A stretch of 64,000 nt of DNA from Actinomycetes bacterium (GTDB taxonomy: Bacteria; Actinomycetota; Acidimicrobiia; Acidimicrobiales; Bog-793). The position numbers and the translations under genes are program-made. Under the pieces are notes generated by a model. That model was not told the origin of the DNA. It made no database searches and worked only from the letters and a program-made list of their open reading frames with translations. The stretch covers positions 916-64,915 of the forward strand of contig JAKACA010000002.1 of assembly GCA_021796455.1 (NCBI GenBank). Direction: 5' to 3'. This document shows positions 8,588 to 18,115 of the stretch, one piece after another. Every line of letters starts with the position of its first letter. Position 1 is the stretch's first letter.

Positions 8588-9696
8588 TCATCGGCATCCC
8601 TGCCGAGGTGAAGACAGCCGAGAACCGCGTCGCCATGACTCCGGACGGCGTCCGCGGACTCACTTCCCTCGGCCATGAGGTCCGAGTGCAATCGGGAGCC
8701 GGCATTGGGTCGTCATTTTCGGACGCGGACTTCGCGTCCGCTGGGGCGCGCATGGTCGAGGTCGACGACGCCTGGGCATCGGAGATCGTGTGCAAGGTGA
8801 AGGAGCCACAGCGATCGGAGTTCCGCTATCTGCGTGATGATCTGGTGCTGTTCACCTACCTCCACCTGGCCGCATACCCAGAGGTAGCCCGGGCCCTGTT
8901 CGAGGCGGGGACGACCGGGATCGCCTATGAGACTGTGCAGAGCGCGAACGGAGACCTCCCGCTCCTCGCACCCATGAGTGAGGTCGCGGGCCGGATCGCC
9001 ACCCAGGTAGGAGCCTCTCTGCTCGAGAAGCGAAACGGCACCAGGGGAATCCTGCTTGGAGGCGTTCCGGGCGTGAGGGCGGCACGCGTCGTAGTGATCG
9101 GAGCCGGGCACGTAGGTTGGAACGCCGCATGGATAGCCCAGGGCATGGAGGCCGAGGTGCTCCTCCTTGACCGCAACCTTGACCGGTTGCGTTGGGTAGA
9201 CCAGATTCACAAGGGTCGAATAATGACGCTCGCCTCCAACAGGGGCTCGATCGAGCGCGCCCTCATGGAAGCAGACCTCCTTATAGGCGCAGTCCTCGTG
9301 GCCGGGGGCCGAGCACCTATCGTGGTGACCGACGACATGGTCGCAAGGATGCGTCCCGGCTCAGTCATCGTCGACGTGGCGGTGGACCAGGGGGGCTGCA
9401 TTGAGTCGACGCACGAGACCACGCACGAGGACCCGACCTACTTCGTGCACGACGTGCTCCACTACGCCGTGGGCAATATGCCAGCAGCGGTCCCGCACAC
9501 CTCGACCTACGCGCTCACCAATGCCACCCTCCCCTACGTGGTCGCCCTGGCCGAGCAGGGTCCCGCCGAGGCCGTGGCCCATGACCCCACTCTTCGCGGA
9601 GGGGTCAACACCGTGCGGGGCGTCTGCACGAACGGTGCCGTAGCCGAGGCGCTCGGTGTCGAGGCGGGCAACCCCCTGGAACTGCTAGTCGGCTGA
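8584..9696 (+). CDS. ald: alanine dehydrogenase
   Basis: MIIGIPAEVKTAENRVAMTPDGV, the Rossmann motif VVVIGAGHVGWNAA, and YAVGNMPAAVPHTST. Confidence 0.95.
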   Translation: MIIGIPAEVKTAENRVAMTPDGVRGLTSLGHEVRVQSGAGIGSSFSDADFASAGARMVEVDDAWASEIVCKVKEPQRSEFRYLRDDLVLFTYLHLAAYPEVARALFEAGTTGIAYETVQSANGDLPLLAPMSEVAGRIATQVGASLLEKRNGTRGILLGGVPGVRAARVVVIGAGHVGWNAAWIAQGMEAEVLLLDRNLDRLRWVDQIHKGRIMTLASNRGSIERALMEADLLIGAVLVAGGRAPIVVTDDMVARMRPGSVIVDVAVDQGGCIESTHETTHEDPTYFVHDVLHYAVGNMPAAVPHTSTYALTNATLPYVVALAEQGPAEAVAHDPTLRGGVNTVRGVCTNGAVAEALGVEAGNPLELLVG

Positions 9697-9749
9697 GCGG
9701 TCGTCTGTCGAGGCGGGCAAGAACCAGCCGGCCTACATGGTCACAGTCA

Positions 9750-10181
9750 TCACCTGGCGTTTATGTAGTCGACGAGTGCGTTGCGATCGCGTTCGAGCTC
9801 CTCCATCCGGTTCTTGACGACGTCTCCGATGCTGACCATCCCTGCGAGCTCTCCGTTCTCGAGAACAGGAACATGGCGAATCCTGTGCTGGGTCATGGTC
9901 ATCATCAGCGACTCGACCGTGTCGTCGCGCGACGTTGTGCGAACCTCCACCGACATGATCGCCGATACGGGTGCCGCGAGAGCTGCGGAGCCCAGGCGCC
10001 CCACTGCGCGAACTACGTCGCGCTCGGACATGATCCCGTTGACCACACGGCCGTCTGTCGAAACAACGAGCGCCCCAATGTTGTGCTCGCCAAGCGAGCC
10101 GACTGCTTCGGCGACCGAGGCGTCCGGACTGATCGTAAAGACCGATGTGCCCTTGGCCTGCAGCAGGGTGGAGATCTTCAT
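9750..10181 (-). CDS. CBS domain pair protein
   Basis: Two CBS repeats: IGALVVSTDGRVVNGIMSERDVVRAV and IRHVPVLENGELAGMVSIGDVV. Confidence 0.85.
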   Translation of the reverse strand: MKISTLLQAKGTSVFTISPDASVAEAVGSLGEHNIGALVVSTDGRVVNGIMSERDVVRAVGRLGSAALAAPVSAIMSVEVRTTSRDDTVESLMMTMTQHRIRHVPVLENGELAGMVSIGDVVKNRMEELERDRNALVDYINAR

Positions 10182-10344
10182 ACGAGACTCCTATCGAGAG
10201 TTGCAATTCTCCGCCAATACTCCTGTCCTGTCAATGCCTTCGGTCGATCCAATGCCGTCGTTCGATAGCGGGCAGCCGTCACGGACCCCGGGAATCAACG
10301 ACCCTCTTGCGACCAGTAGCCACCGAGATGGCCAGAGCTGGGAA

Positions 10345-11853
10345 TCACCTACGGACCCAAGCCGCGCCCTCGCCACGAACGAGGCCGAGCTCAACGAGTC
10401 GGTCGACAGCCAGCGCCACAACTCCGAGCTCAAGCTTGGTTCGCAGGCAGATAGTGTCCACGAGGGTTGCCGTGTAATCCGTCGCCGCGAGGACGGCGAG
10501 CTCTGTCGGAGTGCACCGAGACGTCGAGGAGGAGCGCCCCGGCGTGCCCGGAGCTCGAGCCGTGACCCTCGACTCGTCGGCGTCGCTCCAAGATGCGCGC
10601 CTGGGCGCGCCAGACGATCCAACCTGCGCTGATCCATCGACAGATCCGCGCTCCCCGCCGGGAGCCGGTGACGACGAGCTTGGCCACGAAGTCCCGTCGT
10701 GCTCACAGACGATGGCAAGTGTCGCGAGGACGTCGTGGACGTCGAGGGCCACACCCGCACCGCCCTCCTGGATGATCGCATTTGTGCCTTCGGACTGAGG
10801 GCTGCGAACTGATCCCGGCACGGCAAGCACGGGAACGCCGTACGCGTCTGCTGCAAGCACCGTGTGCATGGCACCTCCTTGGCGCGATGACTCCACGAGG
10901 ACCAGCACCTGGCTGAGGGCGGCGATGATCCGGTTGCGCAGCGGGAAGCGCCAGCTCTCCGGCGGTGCACCAAGCGGTGCCTCCGAGATGATGCCGCCGG
11001 TCAGCGATACCTCGTCTGAGAGCCGCAGGTTCTCTCTCGGATAGACGACGTCGACCCCTCCGCCCACGACCGCCAGCGGTCCCGCTCTCGTAGGTTGCGC
11101 CGCGAGAGCACCCCAATGTGCGGCCGCATCGATGCCACGCGCCAGCCCCGAGACGACGACCACCCCTCTTTCAGCCAGACCGCGACCGATCTCGCCGGCG
11201 ATCTCCAGACCGTAGTGGGTCGCTCGCCTGGTACCGACGATCCCGACGCAAGGTCCGCAGGCATGATCGAGCCTTCCGCGATAGTAGATGAGCTCGGGAA
11301 CCTGGCGAGCCCGCAGAAGGCGGACCGGGTATCGAGGGTCGCCCCGCCTGACCACGCTCACGCCTCGTGCCTTCAGCTGTGCCCAGCTCTGGGCAACGTC
11401 GCTGAGAGCAGCCTGGCGGCGCCATCGTCCGAGAACCTCGAGCGCGTGCGCGCGAGACCTCTCGTGAGCTCCGATAAGACCATTAACCTCTGCAGGCCCG
11501 CGGCCCCGCCCTGTCTCAGAAGTGGGATCCTCCGAGACAGTGCTGGCGCGCGCCCAGAGTGCCGAAAGCTGCTCGGCGAGGACGCGATCACCGTCGAGCA
11601 GCTGGGCATACACCTCGCGGGCAGGCAGGCCGCCGAGCATGGCGCGAAGCCGCGCTGGCGTCATGTCGGGCAGAGCCGCCAACGCGACGGCGAAAGCGAC
11701 GTCAGGGAGCGCTCCGCCGTCGACCGGGGGAGTGACTCCGGAAGGCTGCGCGCGTCGGGGAACCGAGGAGGGGGGCCGAGCTGCCGGGACACGCGGATGG
11801 CCTTCATGTCGCGGCTGTCCATGGTCGCCTCCCGTGCCGCTGATGGCCCTCAT
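10345..11853 (-). CDS. dprA: DNA-processing protein DprA
   Basis: GIVGTRRATHYGLEIAGEIGRGLAERGVVVVSGLARGIDAAAHWGAL plus a C-terminal winged-helix-like tail. The start is taken at the ATG that overlaps the comM TGA (ATGA); the ORF opens at 11862. Confidence 0.9.
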   Translation of the reverse strand: MRAISGTGGDHGQPRHEGHPRVPAARPPSSVPRRAQPSGVTPPVDGGALPDVAFAVALAALPDMTPARLRAMLGGLPAREVYAQLLDGDRVLAEQLSALWARASTVSEDPTSETGRGRGPAEVNGLIGAHERSRAHALEVLGRWRRQAALSDVAQSWAQLKARGVSVVRRGDPRYPVRLLRARQVPELIYYRGRLDHACGPCVGIVGTRRATHYGLEIAGEIGRGLAERGVVVVSGLARGIDAAAHWGALAAQPTRAGPLAVVGGGVDVVYPRENLRLSDEVSLTGGIISEAPLGAPPESWRFPLRNRIIAALSQVLVLVESSRQGGAMHTVLAADAYGVPVLAVPGSVRSPQSEGTNAIIQEGGAGVALDVHDVLATLAIVCEHDGTSWPSSSSPAPGGERGSVDGSAQVGSSGAPRRASWSDADESRVTARAPGTPGRSSSTSRCTPTELAVLAATDYTATLVDTICLRTKLELGVVALAVDRLVELGLVRGEGAAWVRR

Positions 11854-13376
11854 GCCGCCCATCTCCCTCCGAGCATTGCGCGGCGTCCCGCACGTAGCTC
11901 AAGGGCAGTTGCTGCAGCCTCGGCTGGCACGGGCCCCTCGATCTGTTGCAAGTCTGCGACAGTGCGCGCGACGCGCCGCACCCGATCGAGACCTCGCGCG
12001 CTGAGGGAGCTCTGGCTCACACGCCGACGCAGCAGTGCCTCCGCCTTTGGCTCGAGCGGTGCCAGCTCGTCGAGCCGGTAGTGGGGGATGGCTGCATTGC
12101 ACCGCACGCCTCGGCTTCTCGCCAGCTCCCTGGCCGCCGCCACACGCGCAGCCACGACTTCCGAGGGCTCGCCGCCAATCGATCCAAATAGATCCCTTGT
12201 GCCTAGGCGCTCGACTGCAATGTGCAGATCGAACCGGTCCAGGAGCGGTCCTGACAGTCTGCGGGCGTACCTGTCGAGCTGAGCCTGCGAGCACTGGCAC
12301 GAGGAAAACTCACCGCCCGGACCGCATGGGCAAGGGTTCATGGCACCGACGAGCAGGAACGAGGCCGGAAGGCTGACGGTAGCCCTTGCTCGCGATATTC
12401 GCACCACCCCCTCCTCCAGAGGTTGGCGCAGGGCATCGAGCACCGCCGCGGGGAACTCGGCAAGCTCGTCCAAAAAGAGCACGCCGTTCGTCGCCAAGCT
12501 GATCTCACCGGGCCGAAGATATGACGTCCCCCCGCCAAGAAGCGACACGGCGGTGCTCGAGTGGTGCGGGGCACGAAACGGTGGCTCACCTGCGAGCGTG
12601 CGCTCCGGGAGAGGCAGCCCCGCGGAGGAGTGGATCCGACAGGTCTCGATCACCGCTGAGCGGTCAAGGCGCGGCAGGATGCCAGGAACGCGTTCTGCCA
12701 GCATCGTCTTTCCTGCACCTGGTGGTCCCGACATGAGGATGTGATGTCCGCCTGCTGCTGCCACCTCGATAGCCCGCCTTCCGACCACCTGACCACGCAC
12801 GTCCGCCATGTCAGGCGCTCGGGCGACTACGCCCGACGGCGGCCTCGTCCCGTCGACGATCTCCGGCCACGGCACTCGCCCTCGTAGCACCTCGACAAGC
12901 TCGCCGAGTGATCTGGCGGTTCGGACGGTCGGCCCACCGACGAGACGGGCTTCGTGCACACCCCGCCACGGAACGACCACGGACTCGGTGTCGAGGGACG
13001 CCACGATCGGAAGCACTCCGGAGACTGACCGGATCGTCCCGTCGAGCCCGAGCTCGCCGATAAAGCCGCAGCCCGCTACGGCGGCGGGCTCCAGCTCCCC
13101 ACTTGCGACGAGCAACCCAACCGCTATGGGCAGGTCCAAGCCCGCGCCCGCTTTCCGGACACCCGAGGGCGCGAGATTCACCGTGACCCGTCGCATCGGC
13201 CACACAAGGCCGCTCGACAACAGCGCTGCCCTCACGCGATCTCGGGCCTCCCGGCAGGCTGCGTCGGGGAGACCTACGATCGTGAATCCAGGCAGGCCGT
13301 TCGATACGTGCACTTCGACGAGAATCCTGCGACCCTGCACTCCGAGCAAGGTGGCTGATGGGATGGCTGCTATCAC
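11850..13376 (-). CDS. comM: YifB/ComM family Mg-chelatase-like AAA+ ATPase
   Basis: An N-terminal Lon-protease-like domain, Walker A (SGPPGAGKTMLA), VLFLDELAEF, and the zinc-like CPCGPGGEFSSCQC segment. Confidence 0.9.
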   Translation of the reverse strand: MIAAIPSATLLGVQGRRILVEVHVSNGLPGFTIVGLPDAACREARDRVRAALLSSGLVWPMRRVTVNLAPSGVRKAGAGLDLPIAVGLLVASGELEPAAVAGCGFIGELGLDGTIRSVSGVLPIVASLDTESVVVPWRGVHEARLVGGPTVRTARSLGELVEVLRGRVPWPEIVDGTRPPSGVVARAPDMADVRGQVVGRRAIEVAAAGGHHILMSGPPGAGKTMLAERVPGILPRLDRSAVIETCRIHSSAGLPLPERTLAGEPPFRAPHHSSTAVSLLGGGTSYLRPGEISLATNGVLFLDELAEFPAAVLDALRQPLEEGVVRISRARATVSLPASFLLVGAMNPCPCGPGGEFSSCQCSQAQLDRYARRLSGPLLDRFDLHIAVERLGTRDLFGSIGGEPSEVVAARVAAARELARSRGVRCNAAIPHYRLDELAPLEPKAEALLRRRVSQSSLSARGLDRVRRVARTVADLQQIEGPVPAEAAATALELRAGRRAMLGGRWAA

Positions 13377-13438
13377 GGTAGTTCCCTCCGGGCATGGTTG
13401 AGCTCTCGGGAGGGTCGAGATAGCCGGCGCAAGCCGGA

Positions 13439-13768
13439 TCAGGGACCGCTCGATCTGTTGGGTAGGTTACGCGGAGGGTGTGTCAACGACGGAGAGCAAG
13501 CCCCAGCGGGCGAGGTGCGGGCGGGCACGGTCCGCTCAGCCTTGGCTCCAGGAGGGGCTGACTCCGGAGCCGATTCTCCCTGGGCGGCGCGTAGCATCTC
13601 CGCCTTGGAACGCAGCGGCTTCCAGCCGATAGTACCGTTCCTCGTCACGAGCGGCCGGGGCTCCCACCAGGTGGGCCGGTAGCAGATGAGCTCGCTCGTG
13701 GCGGTGACAGTCGCGACGCGGGACCCCTCTGCTCCGAGACCCGGCCCGCGAGCCATGAGGACGTGCAT
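13439..13768 (-). CDS. hypothetical protein (about 110 aa)
   Basis: Third-position GC is high from ATG 13768 (MHVLMARGPGL...ELICYRPTWWEPRPLVTRNGTIGWKPLRSKAEMLRAAQ) and drops upstream of it. It sits 62 nt upstream of comM on the same strand. No family was recognised. Confidence 0.4.
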   Translation of the reverse strand: MHVLMARGPGLGAEGSRVATVTATSELICYRPTWWEPRPLVTRNGTIGWKPLRSKAEMLRAAQGESAPESAPPGAKAERTVPARTSPAGACSPSLTHPPRNLPNRSSGP

Positions 13769-13830
13769 CCCTGCATGCTCGGTGGCTGGACCCGCGCGAC
13801 GAGTCTTCGAGGCAACATAATGATGTCCTC

Positions 13831-14199
13831 GTGGTGCCACCCCGAAGACGCCGACGCAGACTAGGAAATGCCGGTCGATCCCGTCCCGCCAGGAGCACGG
13901 GAGGTACGGGCTCGCGACAGGGCGGTGCCTCGGATGCCTCGGCGCCCCTGCCGGCCCCCCCGGCAAGGTCGGCCGGGAGATCGACACAGATCATCGAGGA
14001 CCCCGTCACGGGCAGCCTCGCTGAGCTCAGGCGAGTGCAGCCCTTCGACGCCCACAAGCAGTACATCTGCCCCGGATGCAACCAGGAGATCCAGCGGGGC
14101 ACGGGGCACGCCGTAGTGGTACCACTCAGTGCCCCTGACCTGCGTCGGCACTGGCACAACCCGTGCCTTGCCCGTGCTCGACAACACGGGCTCCCCTGA
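13831..14199 (+). CDS. small zinc-ribbon-like protein (CPGC ... H-x-H-x2-C), conserved-looking C-terminal ~65 aa
   Basis: LAELRRVQPFDAHKQYICPGCNQEIQRGTGHAVVVPLSAPDLRRHWHNPC, with high third-position GC from about 13990. The true start is unclear: there is no ATG between 13831 and the conserved-looking part. Confidence 0.5.
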   Translation: MVPPRRRRRRLGNAGRSRPARSTGGTGSRQGGASDASAPLPAPPARSAGRSTQIIEDPVTGSLAELRRVQPFDAHKQYICPGCNQEIQRGTGHAVVVPLSAPDLRRHWHNPCLARARQHGLP

Positions 14200-14266
14200 A
14201 CAGGCGTCAGCCCTCCGGGGGCGGTGGGAAGCCATGGGGAGCGGTGAGCGTTAGCCTGGTGTAGAG

Positions 14267-15121
14267 GTGATCACTATGTGGGGCGTCGCTCCGATCCTTG
14301 CCACCAGCACTTCATTGACATCGGGCCAGGTTGACGAGCTCTGGGTTGCTGCCGTCGTATCTGGAGTCCTGGCCTATTTGTTCGCCGCGCACAGCAAACG
14401 ATCCACGGGAGCCTACCCTTGGCGGTTGCCGCCGATGGTCTGGGGCTTGCTGGGTGTGCTCATACCCGTGCTGAGCCTTCTTCTCGAGGCTGTCGCGCGG
14501 CTCACCACGCGGCCGGTTCCGCCACCTGTGACAGACCCGTACGGCACCGGGACCTTGTTTCATGCACCCCACCTGCCTACTCAGCCGGGGCAATCGCCTC
14601 CGGGCTCCGGCTGGTCGCCTCCGGCCCAGGGCTTGCCCGACGCTCCAACGGGCCAGTGGCAACATCCCGTGTCCTCCGATCCGCCGAGGCCACCTTCCGC
14701 GACGCCGCGCCCTTCGTCGCAATGGCAGGCCGGACAATCGGGAGCGGCAGGAGCCCCGGGAGCGCCACCATGGCCGCCCCCGCTCGGACCCGAGGCGTTC
14801 GCGCCCCTGCCACCGGGCCATGAGCAGCAGAACGCGGCCCCTTGGCCACCGGGTGCGCCGCCGTACGCCGCAGTGCCCCAGCCTGCATTGCTCGACCCCG
14901 ATGGTGGGGCCCAGCCTCTCTCATACGGGCCCACACCGACACTGCCGCCCCTTTTCGGTTGGTATCCGGACCCGACCGGGCGGCACGAGCAGCGCTACTG
15001 GGACGGGAGGCAATGGTCTCACCGAGTGTCGGACAACTCGGTGCGCACCAACGACCCGCTCCACCACGTAGACGATCCTGCACCGAGCGGGGTGCGGGAG
15101 CACGGCGAAGCTCCCTCGTAA
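14267..15121 (+). CDS. proline-rich membrane protein with a C-terminal DUF2510-like motif
   Basis: Two N-terminal hydrophobic helices, a long P/G/Q-rich spacer, then FGWYPDPTGRHEQRYWDGRQWSHRV (the WYPDP...RYWDG..W signature). The likely start is ATG 14276, behind a GAGGTG. Confidence 0.7.
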   Translation: MITMWGVAPILATSTSLTSGQVDELWVAAVVSGVLAYLFAAHSKRSTGAYPWRLPPMVWGLLGVLIPVLSLLLEAVARLTTRPVPPPVTDPYGTGTLFHAPHLPTQPGQSPPGSGWSPPAQGLPDAPTGQWQHPVSSDPPRPPSATPRPSSQWQAGQSGAAGAPGAPPWPPPLGPEAFAPLPPGHEQQNAAPWPPGAPPYAAVPQPALLDPDGGAQPLSYGPTPTLPPLFGWYPDPTGRHEQRYWDGRQWSHRVSDNSVRTNDPLHHVDDPAPSGVREHGEAPS

Positions 15122-15160
15122 CAGGGACTCAATAGACGCCCCCGCCGGTGCCGAGGCGCT

Positions 15161-15514
15161 TCAGAAGGCTTGCTCTATCACTTCGATCACTCCACCCGAC
15201 ACGCAGGCGACGTCGAAGCGCACCACGCCGGTCGTTGGTGAGCCGTTGGCCGAGCCAGCCAGATAGGCCGCGGCCAACCGGCGAATACGACGTTGCTTGG
15301 CGGGAGTTACCGCCTCGCTGGGGCTGCCGAAACGGTCGGAGGATCGTGTCTTCACTTCACAGAACACCAGCTCACGGCCTCGCCTCGCCACGAGATCGAG
15401 CTCGCCGCAGGAGACGCGCCAGTTCCGGGCCACTATCTCATAGCCGCGACTCTCGTAGAGCTCGGCAACACGATCCTCGCCGTCGCTGCCGAGCAGCCGC
15501 CTACTGCTCGGCAT
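15161..15514 (-). CDS. yraN: YraN family (UPF0102) predicted endonuclease
   Basis: GEDRVAELYESRGYEIVARNWRVSCGELDLVARRGRELVFCEVKTR matches the family core. Confidence 0.85.
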   Translation of the reverse strand: MPSSRRLLGSDGEDRVAELYESRGYEIVARNWRVSCGELDLVARRGRELVFCEVKTRSSDRFGSPSEAVTPAKQRRIRRLAAAYLAGSANGSPTTGVVRFDVACVSGGVIEVIEQAF

Positions 15515-15519
15515 GCTCC

Positions 15520-15816
15520 TCAGCCATCCACCTCGGGCAAGCTCTCCACGTTCACGTCCTTGTATGTGACCACCCGAACCGACGACACGAAACGAGCTGG
15601 GCGGTACATGTCCCAGACCCAGGCGTCTCCGAGCTCTACCTCGAAATATGTGGCGCCGCCTTCCCCATGGGGAACGACCCTGACGTCGTTGGCCAGATAG
15701 AAACGCCTCTCGGTCTCCACCACGTACTTGAACATCGCCAGTACGGCTCGATACTCCTGATAGAGCGCCAGCTCCACTTCGGCTTCGAACTGGTCAAGAT
15801 CCTCTTCGGCACTCAT
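15520..15816 (-). CDS. DUF2469 family protein
   Basis: DLDQFEAEVELALYQEYRAVLAMFKYVVETERRFYLAN...VWDMYRPARFV is typical of the actinobacterial DUF2469 protein found next to yraN. Confidence 0.85.
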   Translation of the reverse strand: MSAEEDLDQFEAEVELALYQEYRAVLAMFKYVVETERRFYLANDVRVVPHGEGGATYFEVELGDAWVWDMYRPARFVSSVRVVTYKDVNVESLPEVDG

Positions 15817-15860
15817 CGGACTCCTCTGACTACGCCGTCGCGGGGCACCACGAACTCCGA

Positions 15861-16211
15861 TCAGCGGGTGATCCGCTTCTCCTTGATCTTCGCAGCCTTC
15901 CCGATCCGGTCACGTAGGTAATAGAGCTTCGCCCGGCGCACGTCACCCTCAGTGACTCGCTCGATCTTCGAGTACAGAGGAGAGTGCACGGGAAAGGTGC
16001 GCTCGACGCCGACGCCGAAGCTCACCTTGCGCACGGTGAACGTCTCGCGGACGCCGGCACCCTGGCGACGGATGACGGCTCCCTGAAATACCTGGATCCG
16101 CTCACGGTTACCCTCGACCACGCGAACGTGTACCTTCACCGTGTCCCCCGGGGAGAACTCCGGCACATCGTCCCTCAGGTTCGCGCGATCGACAAGATCG
16201 GTTGGGTTCAT
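15861..16211 (-). CDS. rplS: 50S ribosomal protein L19
   Basis: [35 protein letters not shown]...RRAKLYYLR. The start at ATG 16211 is preceded by AGGAG with an 8-nt spacer; the ORF opens at 16340. Confidence 0.95.
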   Translation of the reverse strand: MNPTDLVDRANLRDDVPEFSPGDTVKVHVRVVEGNRERIQVFQGAVIRRQGAGVRETFTVRKVSFGVGVERTFPVHSPLYSKIERVTEGDVRRAKLYYLRDRIGKAAKIKEKRITR

Positions 16212-16410
16212 GACTACGCTCCTAATGGCGGTCTTTGGGCTGCCGTCGCGAAATCGGGCCGGGCCCGGCTTGGTGACAGCTCGATAATCTGGCGGGCCAT
16301 CTGAGCCCGGAGCTAGGAATGCGAGCCGCGCTCCTGGCACAAGGATAGCCGGGCAATGTGCACCCGTGCACCGCTCCGAACGGGCTCCTTATGGAGACAG
16401 AGGCAGGTCC

Positions 16411-17163
16411 TCATCCTTGCGGCGGAATTACCCCCGTCTCCGCCAATAACGCGCGCTCTGACTCCGAGAGCCCACCGCGCCGCTCCAAGAGGTCCGGTCG
16501 TCGCTCAAATGTACGGCGCAGTGACTCGGCCAAGCGCCAACGAGCGACCTTGGCATGGTCACCACTTCTTAGAACCTCCGGCACTTCCCAGCCTCGGAAC
16601 GATGCCGGTCGTGTGTACTGTGGGTATTCGAGGAGACCATTCGTGAAGCTCTCCTCGCTGTTCGACTCCTCGTTGCCGAGCACTCCCGCAACGAGCCGTG
16701 AGACGGCCTCGACGATGACCAGTGCCCCGAGCTCACCTCCCGCCAGGACGAAATCTCCCACCGAGACTTCGCCATCGACCAGGTGATCGGTAATCCGCTG
16801 GTCGACGCCCTCGTACCGGCCGCACAGGAGACTGAATCGCCCGCCTCGGGCCAGCTCCTCCGCCATAGCCTGATCGAACCGCCGTCCACCGGGAGACAGG
16901 AGGAGGAGCGGGCGCGCAGGATCGATCAGCTCAACTGCTGCGAAGATAGGTTCCGGTGCAAGGACCATGCCCGCTCCGCCGCCATAGGGCGCGTCGTCCA
17001 CGGAGCGATGCGGCTCGGGCGCGGCACATCTGAGATCTCGAACGCGCAGGTCGATCATATTATTGCGCCTTGCGCGTCCAAGGATGCTTGCGTCGCAGTA
17101 AGCCTCCACCGCCTCCGGAAAGATGGTGAGGAGGTCGATTCGTAACGGCAGCTCGGCGCTCAC
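16411..17163 (-). CDS. trmD: tRNA (guanine37-N1)-methyltransferase
   Basis: IDLLTIFPEAVEAY, DDAPYGGGAGMVL, LLCGRYEGVDQRI, SVGDFVLAGGE. Confidence 0.95.
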   Translation of the reverse strand: MSAELPLRIDLLTIFPEAVEAYCDASILGRARRNNMIDLRVRDLRCAAPEPHRSVDDAPYGGGAGMVLAPEPIFAAVELIDPARPLLLLSPGGRRFDQAMAEELARGGRFSLLCGRYEGVDQRITDHLVDGEVSVGDFVLAGGELGALVIVEAVSRLVAGVLGNEESNSEESFTNGLLEYPQYTRPASFRGWEVPEVLRSGDHAKVARWRLAESLRRTFERRPDLLERRGGLSESERALLAETGVIPPQG

Positions 17164-17675
17164 TCGAACAGCCCTTCGGGACCATCGACCACAAGCTGAC
17201 TGCCCCTGCGTGCCACCACGAAGCGCAGTGGCACGAGCCAGCCCGTCTCGCCCACCAGGAGGTCGCTTGCCGGATTCGCCTCGACGGCGGCGACGGTGCC
17301 GTGCGATGTGCCAGCGAGGTCCACGACCTCGGCGCCGATCAGCTCGTGGACAAAGAGCACATCGCCGTCCTCCACGGCCGGGGCGAGCATGATCGCCCCG
17401 TGTAATCGCTCGGCGGCGCTACGTGTGGATACTCCTTCGAAAACTACGAGGTAGCGGCGCTGAAATGGTCTTGACGACTTGACGACCAGCTCCTCGACGT
17501 CGGGGCTCGTCATGCCCCTGCGTCTGACTGTCAGGCGCTGGCCGGCGTCGAGACGCCCCGGACGGTTCGTGACCAGGACGACCACGACCTCGCCGCCAAG
17601 CCCGTGGGCCTTGGTGATTCGGCCAATCTCGAGCAGCCGGGCCTCGCCGGCAGGGCCAGTCGATCCGTCAATCAC
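17160..17675 (-). CDS. rimM: 16S rRNA processing protein RimM
   Basis: IGRITKAHGLGGEVVV plus a PRC-barrel C-terminus. There is a 4-nt overlap with the trmD start. Confidence 0.9.
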   Translation of the reverse strand: MIDGSTGPAGEARLLEIGRITKAHGLGGEVVVVLVTNRPGRLDAGQRLTVRRRGMTSPDVEELVVKSSRPFQRRYLVVFEGVSTRSAAERLHGAIMLAPAVEDGDVLFVHELIGAEVVDLAGTSHGTVAAVEANPASDLLVGETGWLVPLRFVVARRGSQLVVDGPEGLFE

Positions 17676-17677
17676 AG

Positions 17678-18115
17678 TCAGTCCACGATGTCGACGGACG
17701 CCTCCGTACCGTCGCTCGCCGCAGCTGCCCGCACCAGGGTCCGGATCGCCTGGGCTGTCCGACCCTTGCGGCCGATCAACCGACCCATGTCGGATTGTGC
17801 GACGTGGACCGAGAACCGCAACCCGGAGCGCCCCTCGGCTACCTCCACCACGACCGACTCCGGATCGTCTACAAGGGCACGAGTCACATGCTCAAGGACG
17901 GCGCGCGCGGCGGCACCCTGGACGCGGTTGACCGATCCGCCGCCCTCCAGCCCTTCGCCGGAGGTGCCCCTCTCCTCGTCCTCGTCGAGCTCGTCCTCGT
18001 CGAGCTCGTCGTCGTCGCTATCGTCAAGCTCATCGAGCTCGTCGTCGGAGCCACCCAGCCCGGCGCTACCGAAGTTCGGCTCCTCGAACATCGACCCTTC
18101 GCTCATCTCGCTCAT
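17678..18115 (-). CDS. khpA: KH-domain RNA-binding protein (KhpA/YlqC-like) with a ~65-aa acidic N-terminal extension
   Basis: KH core: [20 protein letters not shown]...[27 protein letters not shown] 18115 overlaps the rpsP TGA (ATGA). No in-frame ATG, GTG or TTG lies between the acidic tract and the KH core. Confidence 0.8.
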   Translation of the reverse strand: MSEMSEGSMFEEPNFGSAGLGGSDDELDELDDSDDDELDEDELDEDEERGTSGEGLEGGGSVNRVQGAAARAVLEHVTRALVDDPESVVVEVAEGRSGLRFSVHVAQSDMGRLIGRKGRTAQAIRTLVRAAAASDGTEASVDIVD

